64,000 bases of DNA from Escherichia coli phage phiS. Each line of letters opens with the position of its first letter. Within the stretch, counting starts at the first letter, position 1. The notes under the pieces are model-generated. The model ran no database searches, had not been told where the DNA came from, and saw nothing but the letters and a program-made list of their open reading frames with translations. Of this stretch, positions 27,133-35,007 are shown piece by piece. The position numbers were made by a program, and so were the translations under genes. Location: sequence record PP449093.1. One strand, written 5' to 3'.

Positions 27133-27636
27133 ATGCAATTTACACCAGAAGAACTTAACATCATTGATCAGGTGATGAACTCTAAAGAAAATATCGATAT
27201 GTCGATCCTTAATGGATTGATTGAAAAGACTGAGCGGTTAGTGCATCATGAAGCCTTGTATCGCGGTGTGAGCAAAAGAGAAGGTCGTAAGCTGGATACC
27301 TTAATTGTAGGCGATTCTTTCGTTGTAGAGCGTCCTATGAGCTTTACGCCACTGCAATCAACAGCAGAGGACTTTGCAACCGATGTTTATGCAACGGGAA
27401 AGATTATTGCAATAAAACCTACCAAGCCTTGCATGAATTATTACGAACATGCTATTGACCGAGTGGTGTCTAAAGAGTATGACAATCCGACTACTCGACT
27501 GTCTTTGTATGCTATGTTGGCAGATGAGCGCGAGTGCATATACAAGACAGGGACGACCATGATCCTTGATGAGATCGAGGAAGTTTACGCGTGTAATGGC
27601 GATCTGATAGAGATTTACAAATTTTCTTTAATTTAA
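27133..27636 (+). CDS. Hypothetical protein (167 aa); possible ModA/ModB-like ADP-ribosyltransferase
   Basis: Ordered YRG ... SFT/QST ... EIEEV motifs resemble the R-S-ExE ART triad. It occupies the T4 modA/modB neighbourhood. The function call is weak. Confidence 0.45.
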   Translation: MQFTPEELNIIDQVMNSKENIDMSILNGLIEKTERLVHHEALYRGVSKREGRKLDTLIVGDSFVVERPMSFTPLQSTAEDFATDVYATGKIIAIKPTKPCMNYYEHAIDRVVSKEYDNPTTRLSLYAMLADERECIYKTGTTMILDEIEEVYACNGDLIEIYKFSLI

Positions 27637-27697
27637 GTGTTGACAGCACAAACCAGATAGACAATAATACACACATACCAACTAAGGAGAATCAATT

Positions 27698-28453
27698 ATG
27701 AAACTGTTTGCTTTTAAATCTAACGAAGAATTGGCGCTGGTTGTTTTCCGGCTGAACTCTATCATGGCTGGTGCTTCACGTCGCAACAAAGACTTCTCTA
27801 TGAGCTTAGTCACTGTGCGTAACATTTACCGACAGACTCATTGCGCCTATTCCGGTGAGGCTTTCGGTGAAGGTGATGATGGACTCTCCTTAGAGCGCAT
27901 TGATTGCAATCTGGGATATGTTGATGGCAATGTAATTCCGGTTAAACTGAAATACAATTCTTTCCGTGGCAATCACACTATCGAATCTCTTAAAGAGATC
28001 CAGGAACTAGGAACTAACGGTAAACTTTCTGATGATGAAATTGCCCTACGTGCGAAGTACATCGAGTGGATCGAACTTAACGAGAATCGCATCAAAAATC
28101 AGGAAATGGCAATCGAAGAAAAGAAATTAGCAATCGAGCGCCACAAAAAGCACAACGAACCGGAGAAAGCAGAGGCAGCCGAGCGAGCGATTAAAAATAC
28201 TCTCTTCCGTATGGAAGAACGTTATCAGAAAATTGCCGATCTCAAGCAAGCCCTTAGCGAAATCAACAAGAAAGAAGAAAAACTTAAGGCTATTGCAAAC
28301 AATACCGAAATCGTGCTAAAATATACCAGCGTTTTGATTGAATCTCTTTCTAAGTATGAGAACTTAACGCCAGCACAAAAAGAACGCGTGAAATACGGGA
28401 TTCCGATTGATGCGTCGTGGATTGAATTGATGAAAGCGAAGGTAGGTTTATAA
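27698..28453 (+). CDS. HNH-motif protein with C-terminal coiled coil (251 aa)
   Basis: CAYSGEAF...LSLERID...GYVDGNVIPV...NSFRGN (HNH-like); the C-terminal half is K/E-rich and helical. Confidence 0.55.
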   Translation: MKLFAFKSNEELALVVFRLNSIMAGASRRNKDFSMSLVTVRNIYRQTHCAYSGEAFGEGDDGLSLERIDCNLGYVDGNVIPVKLKYNSFRGNHTIESLKEIQELGTNGKLSDDEIALRAKYIEWIELNENRIKNQEMAIEEKKLAIERHKKHNEPEKAEAAERAIKNTLFRMEERYQKIADLKQALSEINKKEEKLKAIANNTEIVLKYTSVLIESLSKYENLTPAQKERVKYGIPIDASWIELMKAKVGL

Positions 28454-28767
28454 TGCATGTATTTGCTGTATGTTATCGTGATAAAGACGGATTCTTTCAA
28501 TACTCAGTGGACGCGAAAGGTCGAGTCCTAACTTGCGAAACACATGATGCTGCGTTAGCGTCAATGTGTGATCAGATAGATTATTGTGAGAGTCTATTGG
28601 CAGGTGAACCGAAATACAAGGTTGTACCTAAACGAAAATTTGGCATAATCCGGTCTTCTGAAATTGTTCGGGATGGTATCGAATATAAAATTCCTGAATA
28701 TGAAAAAGAACGGGTACGGCGAGAACTCAATACTATCTGTGTTCGCAAGGTGAGGATTTTAGGATAA
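28453..28767 (+). CDS. Hypothetical protein (104 aa)
   Basis: ORF from the track; start overlaps the upstream stop. Confidence 0.5.
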   Translation: MHVFAVCYRDKDGFFQYSVDAKGRVLTCETHDAALASMCDQIDYCESLLAGEPKYKVVPKRKFGIIRSSEIVRDGIEYKIPEYEKERVRRELNTICVRKVRILG

Positions 28768-30158
28768 TGAGCAGAGTATTAACTTTCGATATGTTAACAG
28801 ACGGGCAAAAACATGCTTTTGATGTTCTAATGAAACGCATTGAACAAAAGAAGCATACAACTGTCCGGGGTGCGGCGGGTACTGGTAAAACCGCAATGAT
28901 GAAATTCATTGTTCAGGAAATGGTCCGCCGTGGTGTAACTGGTGTGGTTTTGGCAACGCCTACCCACCAGGCTAAAAAAGTTTTGAGTAAAGCGGTAGGT
29001 CGTCAAGCATTTACTTTACATGCTTTATTGCGTCTTAATCCGACCAACTATGAAGATACTCAAGTATTTGAACAAAAAGATACTCCTAAGCTAGATGATG
29101 TTCAGATCATCATTGTTGATGAAGCGAGTATGGTCGATAAGAAGTTATTTGATATTCTCATGAAGAGTATCAACGGTCGAATTGTTGTTATTGCAGTTGG
29201 CGATCCTCACCAGTTACGACCAGTTGATCCGAGCGGTGCAACGTCAATTTCTCCTTTCTTCACGGATGAAAATTTTCAAAACGTGGAGTTGACAGAAATT
29301 AAACGATCTAATGCACCGATCATTGATGTGGCGACCGCTGTCCGTAACGGTAAATGGGTATTCGAAAAGCAGTGCGGTAACGAGGGTGTATTCCATAGCT
29401 CAACTCTGCCGGAGTTTATGAAGCATTATTTCGAAACCGTTAAAACGCCGGAAGACCTTCTAGAAAACCGTATTCTGGCTTACACTAACAAGAGCGTCGA
29501 AAAACTCAATGAAATTGTGCGTAAGCGCGTTTATAACACCGATGAACCCGTGATTGTAGATGAAATTCTTGTTACTCAGGAACCGTTGATCGAATATCTG
29601 CGAGATGAACGCGGGAAGAAAATTCCCAATGTTATTTTTAACAATGGTGAGATGATCCGGGTTAAAGAGGTTATACCGCGTGAATTTACATTACGTTGCA
29701 CGGGGGTAGATCCGCAACCAGTTTTAGGCTATACTCTGAAAGTGGAAAGCGTCGATGATGACGAAGACAAAGAAATCCTAAATCAGAAAGTCGGTTTAGA
29801 TGCAGTCGGAATCACTACAGATAAACCGGATTTGGTAGAAATCAACATTCTGACAGAACAACGTCAGAAGAACATTTTCTCTATCTATCTGAATACGGTC
29901 GCCGGACAATATCGCGAAATGAAGAAAGAGAATCCAAAATTTAAACCAGATTGGGATTCCTTCTGGACGATGAAGCGTATGTTCTTGAATGTAAAAGCAT
30001 TACCAGCTTGCACCATTCATAAGTCACAAGGGATCAGCGTAGACCGCGTGTTCCTGTATACTCCTTGTATGTGTACAGACAATGTTGACTTTGAATTGGC
30101 AATGCAGTTATTATATGTGGGTGTTACCCGTGCGAGGTATCGAGTAGACTATATTTGA
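28767..30158 (+). CDS. dda: DNA helicase Dda (SF1)
   Basis: GAAGTGKT, VDEASMV, TEIKRSNAPIIDVATAVRNGKW and LYVGVTRARY match T4 Dda as I recall it. Confidence 0.9.
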   Translation: MSRVLTFDMLTDGQKHAFDVLMKRIEQKKHTTVRGAAGTGKTAMMKFIVQEMVRRGVTGVVLATPTHQAKKVLSKAVGRQAFTLHALLRLNPTNYEDTQVFEQKDTPKLDDVQIIIVDEASMVDKKLFDILMKSINGRIVVIAVGDPHQLRPVDPSGATSISPFFTDENFQNVELTEIKRSNAPIIDVATAVRNGKWVFEKQCGNEGVFHSSTLPEFMKHYFETVKTPEDLLENRILAYTNKSVEKLNEIVRKRVYNTDEPVIVDEILVTQEPLIEYLRDERGKKIPNVIFNNGEMIRVKEVIPREFTLRCTGVDPQPVLGYTLKVESVDDDEDKEILNQKVGLDAVGITTDKPDLVEINILTEQRQKNIFSIYLNTVAGQYREMKKENPKFKPDWDSFWTMKRMFLNVKALPACTIHKSQGISVDRVFLYTPCMCTDNVDFELAMQLLYVGVTRARYRVDYI

Positions 30159-30168
30159 GGAAATTATT

Positions 30169-30336
30169 ATGATTATGCGAAGTATCCCAGAATTTAATGA
30201 TGTGACGGTAAGCCGTCACAATGGAACTGTTACCATGTGCTTTAGATGGGGTCTATACGGCTGGAACGTGTCCGGCGATAGTGAAGCTGCATGTATCAAT
30301 AAAATGATCGAGCATTTCACTAAGCGAGGTTTTTGA
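30169..30336 (+). CDS. Hypothetical small protein (55 aa)
   Basis: My own translation; ATG after GAGGAA. Confidence 0.35.
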   Translation: MIMRSIPEFNDVTVSRHNGTVTMCFRWGLYGWNVSGDSEAACINKMIEHFTKRGF

Positions 30337-30337
30337 T

Positions 30338-30580
30338 ATGGTTGTTATTAATGATATGGCTAATGTAATACATCTACAATCAATTGTCGCGTGGAACCGT
30401 CAAAAGATTCATTGTGACTATGCACAACATGTAATGAATTTTAACAACAAAGTACGCGCATACATGGCAACGGACCGACTGTTAACCGATAATTACGGTA
30501 ACGGGATTATTGATTGTAGCGGTTTCATTCTGGATAAAAACGATCTGGATTTGTTCCGGCATATCGCGGAGGATATTTAA
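30338..30580 (+). CDS. Hypothetical protein (80 aa)
   Basis: ORF from the track. Confidence 0.5.
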   Translation: MVVINDMANVIHLQSIVAWNRQKIHCDYAQHVMNFNNKVRAYMATDRLLTDNYGNGIIDCSGFILDKNDLDLFRHIAEDI

Positions 30581-30581
30581 A

Positions 30582-31250
30582 ATGCTTCCAGTGGATTTAA
30601 TGATTGACTTTGAAAGTTTAGGTTATCCGCCTGATGGGGCGGTGATCAATATGGCGGCAATCGGATTTAAAGAAGATCCGCACAATCCACCTACATTTAA
30701 AGAACTGGTTGACAATTCCTTTCTGGTAAAATTTGATATTCCTTCCCAGAAAGGTGTAAGGGTGTTTGATCATGGTGTGGTTGAATGGTGGAAGAATACC
30801 GCCTCAGAAGGCATGAGAAAGCAATTAATCACAAATGGTACGGAAGTATCAACTAAAGAAGGTTTAGCGCGTTTTAACGCATTCTGTGAAGCCGTAGGAG
30901 TAGATCCGGTTAAATCCGTAATGTGGTCACGCGGTAATGCGTTTGATATTCCGTTACTAGTTGATATGATCCGCCGTGCACACAATACACGAGATACGTT
31001 CAGCCTTGAACCTGTGCGATTCTGGAATATCCGAGATGTTCGCACCGCCATTGAGCGTACATTGATGCATCGCGGGATGTGTGAGTGTCCGTTACCAATG
31101 GGTACGCTAGATGGTTTTATCGCACATGATGCGATTCATGATTGCGCTCGCGATATTCTTATGCTAATCTATGCACAACGTTATGCTATGGGTCTGGAAG
31201 ACCTACCAGAAAATCCAGATCCAAATTCAGTTAAGAAACAAAGGGGATAA
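30582..31250 (+). CDS. dexA: Exonuclease A DexA (DnaQ-like 3'-5' exonuclease)
   Basis: DFE..G, WWKN, FWNIRDVRT and CPLPMGTLDGFIAHDAIHDCARDILM match T4 DexA as I recall it. Start moved to ATG 30582. Confidence 0.85.
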   Translation: MLPVDLMIDFESLGYPPDGAVINMAAIGFKEDPHNPPTFKELVDNSFLVKFDIPSQKGVRVFDHGVVEWWKNTASEGMRKQLITNGTEVSTKEGLARFNAFCEAVGVDPVKSVMWSRGNAFDIPLLVDMIRRAHNTRDTFSLEPVRFWNIRDVRTAIERTLMHRGMCECPLPMGTLDGFIAHDAIHDCARDILMLIYAQRYAMGLEDLPENPDPNSVKKQRG

Positions 31251-31251
31251 T

Positions 31252-31425
31252 ATGCCATTATACGATTATTCTTGTGAAGAACACGGTCAATTTCAGAAAA
31301 TCCGCAAAATTTCCGAGCGTGAAAAGGCAGAATGCCCTGAATGCGGTAAAGAATGCAAACAGGGATTGACTGCCCCGCGCGGGATTAATGGCGGGTACTA
31401 TGATAAAAATGTGCGCGTGTCATGA
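31252..31425 (+). CDS. Zinc-ribbon protein (57 aa)
   Basis: CEEHG ... CPECGKEC, two CxxC pairs (FmdB-like). Confidence 0.5.
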   Translation: MPLYDYSCEEHGQFQKIRKISEREKAECPECGKECKQGLTAPRGINGGYYDKNVRVS

Positions 31426-31531
31426 GTCATATACTTGACAATCACTCAATTTTTAATATGATTGTTGCAGCCGTCTTTGTGGCGGTTGCAGTAAGTTATG
31501 GTTATGTTATGAGCAAAATTAAGGTTTAGCT

Positions 31532-32071
31532 ATGGGCGATTTGGAATTATATGAATATCTCCACGAAAGATACTACTACGAAAACGGTAGGCTATTTTTC
31601 AAAAAGGATTTAAAGAATCAGATTAAAGCTGGCGATGAAGCCGGAAACCAATTGACAAAATATGCCGAGGATGGCAGTATCATGTGGAGTCGATGGGTCA
31701 TGAAGGTCAACCGAAAACATTTTTATCGGGCGACCGTTATATGGGTGATGTTTAACAAACAATTACCGCCTAAAGGTTTTGAGGTCGACCATATTGACAG
31801 AAACTCATTAAATGATAAAATAGAAAACCTTCGATTGGTGACTCGAACCAACAACGTAAGAAACCGAGGGAAGATGAGAAAGAATCCTTCGTCAAAATAT
31901 ATTGGCGTTTGTTGGAACAAGTCACATAAGAAATGGGTTGCTAGGATAGGTGGTTATAAGCGCGTATACTTAGGATCATTTAAAGACGAAAAAGAGGCTG
32001 CATTGGCCTATGATAAAGCCGTTAAAGAACTTCATGGAGAATTTGCGGTTTTAAATTTCCCAAATGACTGA
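31532..32071 (+). CDS. HNH homing endonuclease with AP2 domain (copy C)
   Basis: VDHIDRNSLNDKIENLRLVTRTNN, then AP2-like YIGVCWNKSHKKWVARIGG...YLGSFKDEKEAALAYDKAVKELHGEFAVLNF. Confidence 0.8.
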   Translation: MGDLELYEYLHERYYYENGRLFFKKDLKNQIKAGDEAGNQLTKYAEDGSIMWSRWVMKVNRKHFYRATVIWVMFNKQLPPKGFEVDHIDRNSLNDKIENLRLVTRTNNVRNRGKMRKNPSSKYIGVCWNKSHKKWVARIGGYKRVYLGSFKDEKEAALAYDKAVKELHGEFAVLNFPND

Positions 32072-32088
32072 TAAATGAGGAAAATATT

Positions 32089-33912
32089 ATGACAGATTTT
32101 TTGATCCTTTCAGATAGGGAACATGTGATTCGCAGACCTCATATGTACGTGGGGAGCACAACGTATGAGGCTCAAAAACGCTTTTTGTTTGGTAAATGGC
32201 AGTCTGTATCATACGTTCCCGGACTAGTTAAAATCATTGATGAGATCATCGACAACTCTGTAGACGAGGCGATTCGCACTAATTTTGAATTTGCCAATGT
32301 GATTAGCGTCGATATCCAAAACAATATTGTTACGGTAACAGACAACGGTCGCGGTATTCCTCAACATATGGTTACTACACCAGAGGGCACGCAGATTCCG
32401 CAACCTGTAGCCGCATGGACACGAACAAAAGCAGGGTCTAACTTTGATGATACCAATCGATTAACGCAAGGGATGAACGGTGTTGGGTCGTCGTTGTCAA
32501 ATTTCTTTAGCGATTGGTTTACTGGTGTGACCTGTGACGGTGAAACAGAAATGACCGTTCAATGCACAAACGGTGCTGAAAATATCACATGGTCATCAAA
32601 ACCATCAAAATTGAAGGGAACGAAGGTTACATTTTGTCCAGACTTCGACCACTTCGAAGGTTATATGATGGACAACTCTGTTTTAGATATTGTTCATGAT
32701 CGTCTGCAATCATTGAGCGTAATCTTTCCTAAGATCACGTTTAAGTTTAATGGTAAACGTATTGTTAGTAAGTTCAAGGATTATGCTAAACTATACAATG
32801 ATGATCCGTTTGTCATTGAAGATAAAAACTTCTCACTTGCCCTAGTTCCTGCGGTCGAGGGAGAAGGTTTTAAATCAGTATCCTTTGCTAATGGTCTGTT
32901 TACCAAAAACGGGGGAACACACGTAGACTACGTGACAGATGATCTTTGTGAAGAGATTGTAAAACGAATCAAGAAAGAATATAAGGTTGATGTTACTAAA
33001 GCTGCGGTTAAGTCTGGATTGACCTGTATTCTTATTGTTCGTGAATTGCCAAACCTCCGTTTTGATTCACAGACAAAAGAACGATTGACTAATCCAACTG
33101 GTGATATCAAGCGTCATATTGATCTTGATTTTAAAAAGCTGGCTAAAGTCATTGCGAAGAAAGAAAACATTATCATGCCTATTATTGCTGTAGTCCTGGC
33201 ACGCAAAGAGGCAGCAGATAAAGCGGCAGCGACTAAGGCAGCAAAGGCAGCAAAACGGGCTAAGGTAGCAAAACACGTTAAAGCTAACCTTATTGGAACT
33301 GACGCAGAAACTACCCTGTTTTTGACGGAAGGTGATTCCGCGATCAACTATCTGATCTCTGTACGTGATCAAGATTTACATGGAGGTTTCCCGTTGCGAG
33401 GCAAAACTCTTACAACGTGGGAACAACCGGAGGCAAAGATCGTTAAGAACGCCGAAATTTTTAACATCATGGCGATCACTGGCTTGCAATTTGGTGTTGA
33501 TGCATTGGAAGTTATGCAATACAAAAATATTGCGATTATGACCGACGCTGATACTGACGGGATCGGGTCTATTAAACCTAGTCTGATCTCTTTCTTTGCA
33601 CGTTGGCCTGAATTGTTCGAAGATGGACGAATCCGGTTTATCAAAACACCTATTATCATTGCTGAACCAAAGAAAGGTGATGATGTTCGATGGTATTATG
33701 ACCTAGAAGAGTTCGAGAACGACCGAGATAATATCAAAGGTTACAACATTCGATATATCAAAGGTTTAGCATCGCTCACAGAATCAGACTATCATCGCGT
33801 GATCAACGATCCTGTCATGGAGATCATCACGTTACCGGAAAACTATAAAGAGCTATTCGATTTGCTCTATAGTGAAGATGCAGATCAGCGCAAAATTTGG
33901 ATGCAATCATAA
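32089..33912 (+). CDS. 39: DNA topoisomerase II large subunit (GyrB-like), 39 and 60 fused in one ORF
   Basis: GHKL ATPase motifs (IDNSVDE, DNGRGIP, GMNGVGSS) and a C-terminal toprim region (TEGDSA, IMTDADTDG) in one 607-aa frame. Confidence 0.9.
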   Translation: MTDFLILSDREHVIRRPHMYVGSTTYEAQKRFLFGKWQSVSYVPGLVKIIDEIIDNSVDEAIRTNFEFANVISVDIQNNIVTVTDNGRGIPQHMVTTPEGTQIPQPVAAWTRTKAGSNFDDTNRLTQGMNGVGSSLSNFFSDWFTGVTCDGETEMTVQCTNGAENITWSSKPSKLKGTKVTFCPDFDHFEGYMMDNSVLDIVHDRLQSLSVIFPKITFKFNGKRIVSKFKDYAKLYNDDPFVIEDKNFSLALVPAVEGEGFKSVSFANGLFTKNGGTHVDYVTDDLCEEIVKRIKKEYKVDVTKAAVKSGLTCILIVRELPNLRFDSQTKERLTNPTGDIKRHIDLDFKKLAKVIAKKENIIMPIIAVVLARKEAADKAAATKAAKAAKRAKVAKHVKANLIGTDAETTLFLTEGDSAINYLISVRDQDLHGGFPLRGKTLTTWEQPEAKIVKNAEIFNIMAITGLQFGVDALEVMQYKNIAIMTDADTDGIGSIKPSLISFFARWPELFEDGRIRFIKTPIIIAEPKKGDDVRWYYDLEEFENDRDNIKGYNIRYIKGLASLTESDYHRVINDPVMEIITLPENYKELFDLLYSEDADQRKIWMQS

Positions 33913-33915
33913 CAC

Positions 33916-33963
33916 TTGACATACAAGGGAGATTCTCTATAATGGGAGTCTCCCTTTTCTTTT
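33916..33963 (+). promoter_or_regulatory. Promoter-stem-loop cassette: TTGACA, TATAAT inside a hairpin loop, then a T-run (terminator-like)
   Basis: cttgacatacaa-gggagattc-tctataatgg-gagtctccc-ttttctttt; the 9-bp stem encloses the -10. Confidence 0.5.
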
Positions 33964-33977
33964 ATGAGGATTTAATA

Positions 33978-34277
33978 ATGAGCAAAAAGAATAACATGAT
34001 GATGAGTATGGCAAAGTTCATGGAAGCAGACCTGATCAAAAATACAGTACAGCATGAACGCCAGCGCGAAGCCGCAGTGATTGCAGAACAAGGTTTTCAG
34101 GTTATCCGCAATCCACCTAAAGACACGGTTAAATCGAAATACAGAGACGATCTGAAAGACCATGAAGTACGGGAACTGGTTAATGATCTGCGTGACATTG
34201 CCATCAAATATCATGGTTATCAGTGCTTACGAGAACTGATCGCAGAGCGAGTAATGGACGCACTGAAAAAAGATTAA
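33978..34277 (+). CDS. Hypothetical protein (99 aa)
   Basis: ATG after GAGGA. Confidence 0.5.
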   Translation: MSKKNNMMMSMAKFMEADLIKNTVQHERQREAAVIAEQGFQVIRNPPKDTVKSKYRDDLKDHEVRELVNDLRDIAIKYHGYQCLRELIAERVMDALKKD

Positions 34278-34284
34278 AAATCTG

Positions 34285-34313
34285 TTGACACTGGATCGGG
34301 GATATATCATAAT
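34285..34313 (+). promoter_or_regulatory. Early promoter with hairpin spanning the -10 (TTGACA ... CATAAT)
   Basis: ttgaca-ctggatc-ggggatatatcataatgtcccc. Confidence 0.45.
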
Positions 34314-34343
34314 GTCCCCATCAAAAACAAAAGGTTGACTTAT

Positions 34344-34538
34344 ATGAAACCGTTTAAGAATGAAGAAACTCAAAAATTTTGTGAAAAAATTGCAGAAATC
34401 TACTTGACAGGGGATAAGGAAAAAGCTAATATTATGTTCAAAGAGTCGGTTTCCATGATGAAAGTAGCACGCTGGGAACTGATCGCAATGCAAGACCAAA
34501 TTCGTTATCTAGTAACAAAGGAGAATCAAAATGCGTAA
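34344..34538 (+). CDS. Hypothetical protein (64 aa)
   Basis: ORF from the track; its 3' end overlaps the start of the interrupted ORF. Confidence 0.4.
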   Translation: MKPFKNEETQKFCEKIAEIYLTGDKEKANIMFKESVSMMKVARWELIAMQDQIRYLVTKENQNA

Positions 34539-34725
34539 CCATTACATCTAACTGGCAAGCCGTAAAGTTTCAGACCTGAAAGGCGTAATTGCTTACTATG
34601 AAGAAGTCCTGAAAAACAAAATTGCTGATTGGGAACGTAAAGAATACAGCAAGTGCTTAGAGAAAAGCCGCGCTGAACTGGTTGACGCAGAAGCCCATCT
34701 GCAATGGGTGATTGAAAATGTATAA
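34531..34725 (+). pseudogene. ORF with strong RBS interrupted by an in-frame TAA at codon 7 (pseudogene or recoding candidate)
   Basis: AAGGAGA, then ATG CGT AAC CAT TAC ATC TAA, then 57 open codons (LASRKVSDLKGVIAYYEEV...QWVIENV) ending just before the next gene's RBS. Confidence 0.3.
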
Positions 34726-34735
34726 GGAGTAGAAA

Positions 34736-34993
34736 ATGAATAGAAGTTTTGATTTTATGTTCGCCAAGTATCATCGAGACAAGAAATCGATGGACCTGTT
34801 TATGAAATGTCTGAGGTATGAATATGCGCACCTTCGTAAACACAAAATTGACCCGCAAGTTTCCTACGAAAACATCAAGAAATATGCGAAAGAAGTGATT
34901 GACAACGATTGCACCGTGACATATAATGCGTTTATTGATTTATGGGCGTGGGATGTAATCTACGCAGAGATGGACAAAGAAGATTTTAATTAA
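34736..34993 (+). CDS. Hypothetical protein (85 aa)
   Basis: RBS AAGGAG. Confidence 0.5.
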   Translation: MNRSFDFMFAKYHRDKKSMDLFMKCLRYEYAHLRKHKIDPQVSYENIKKYAKEVIDNDCTVTYNAFIDLWAWDVIYAEMDKEDFN

Positions 34994-35007
34994 GTGAGGA
35001 TTATATT

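Noticed and set aside
31171-31251. N-terminal extension of the track ORF 31171..31425 (includes a QIQIQIQ stretch)
   Set aside because: It overlaps the dexA 3' end and has no RBS. The internal ATG at 31252 has an RBS and starts the zinc-ribbon domain cleanly.
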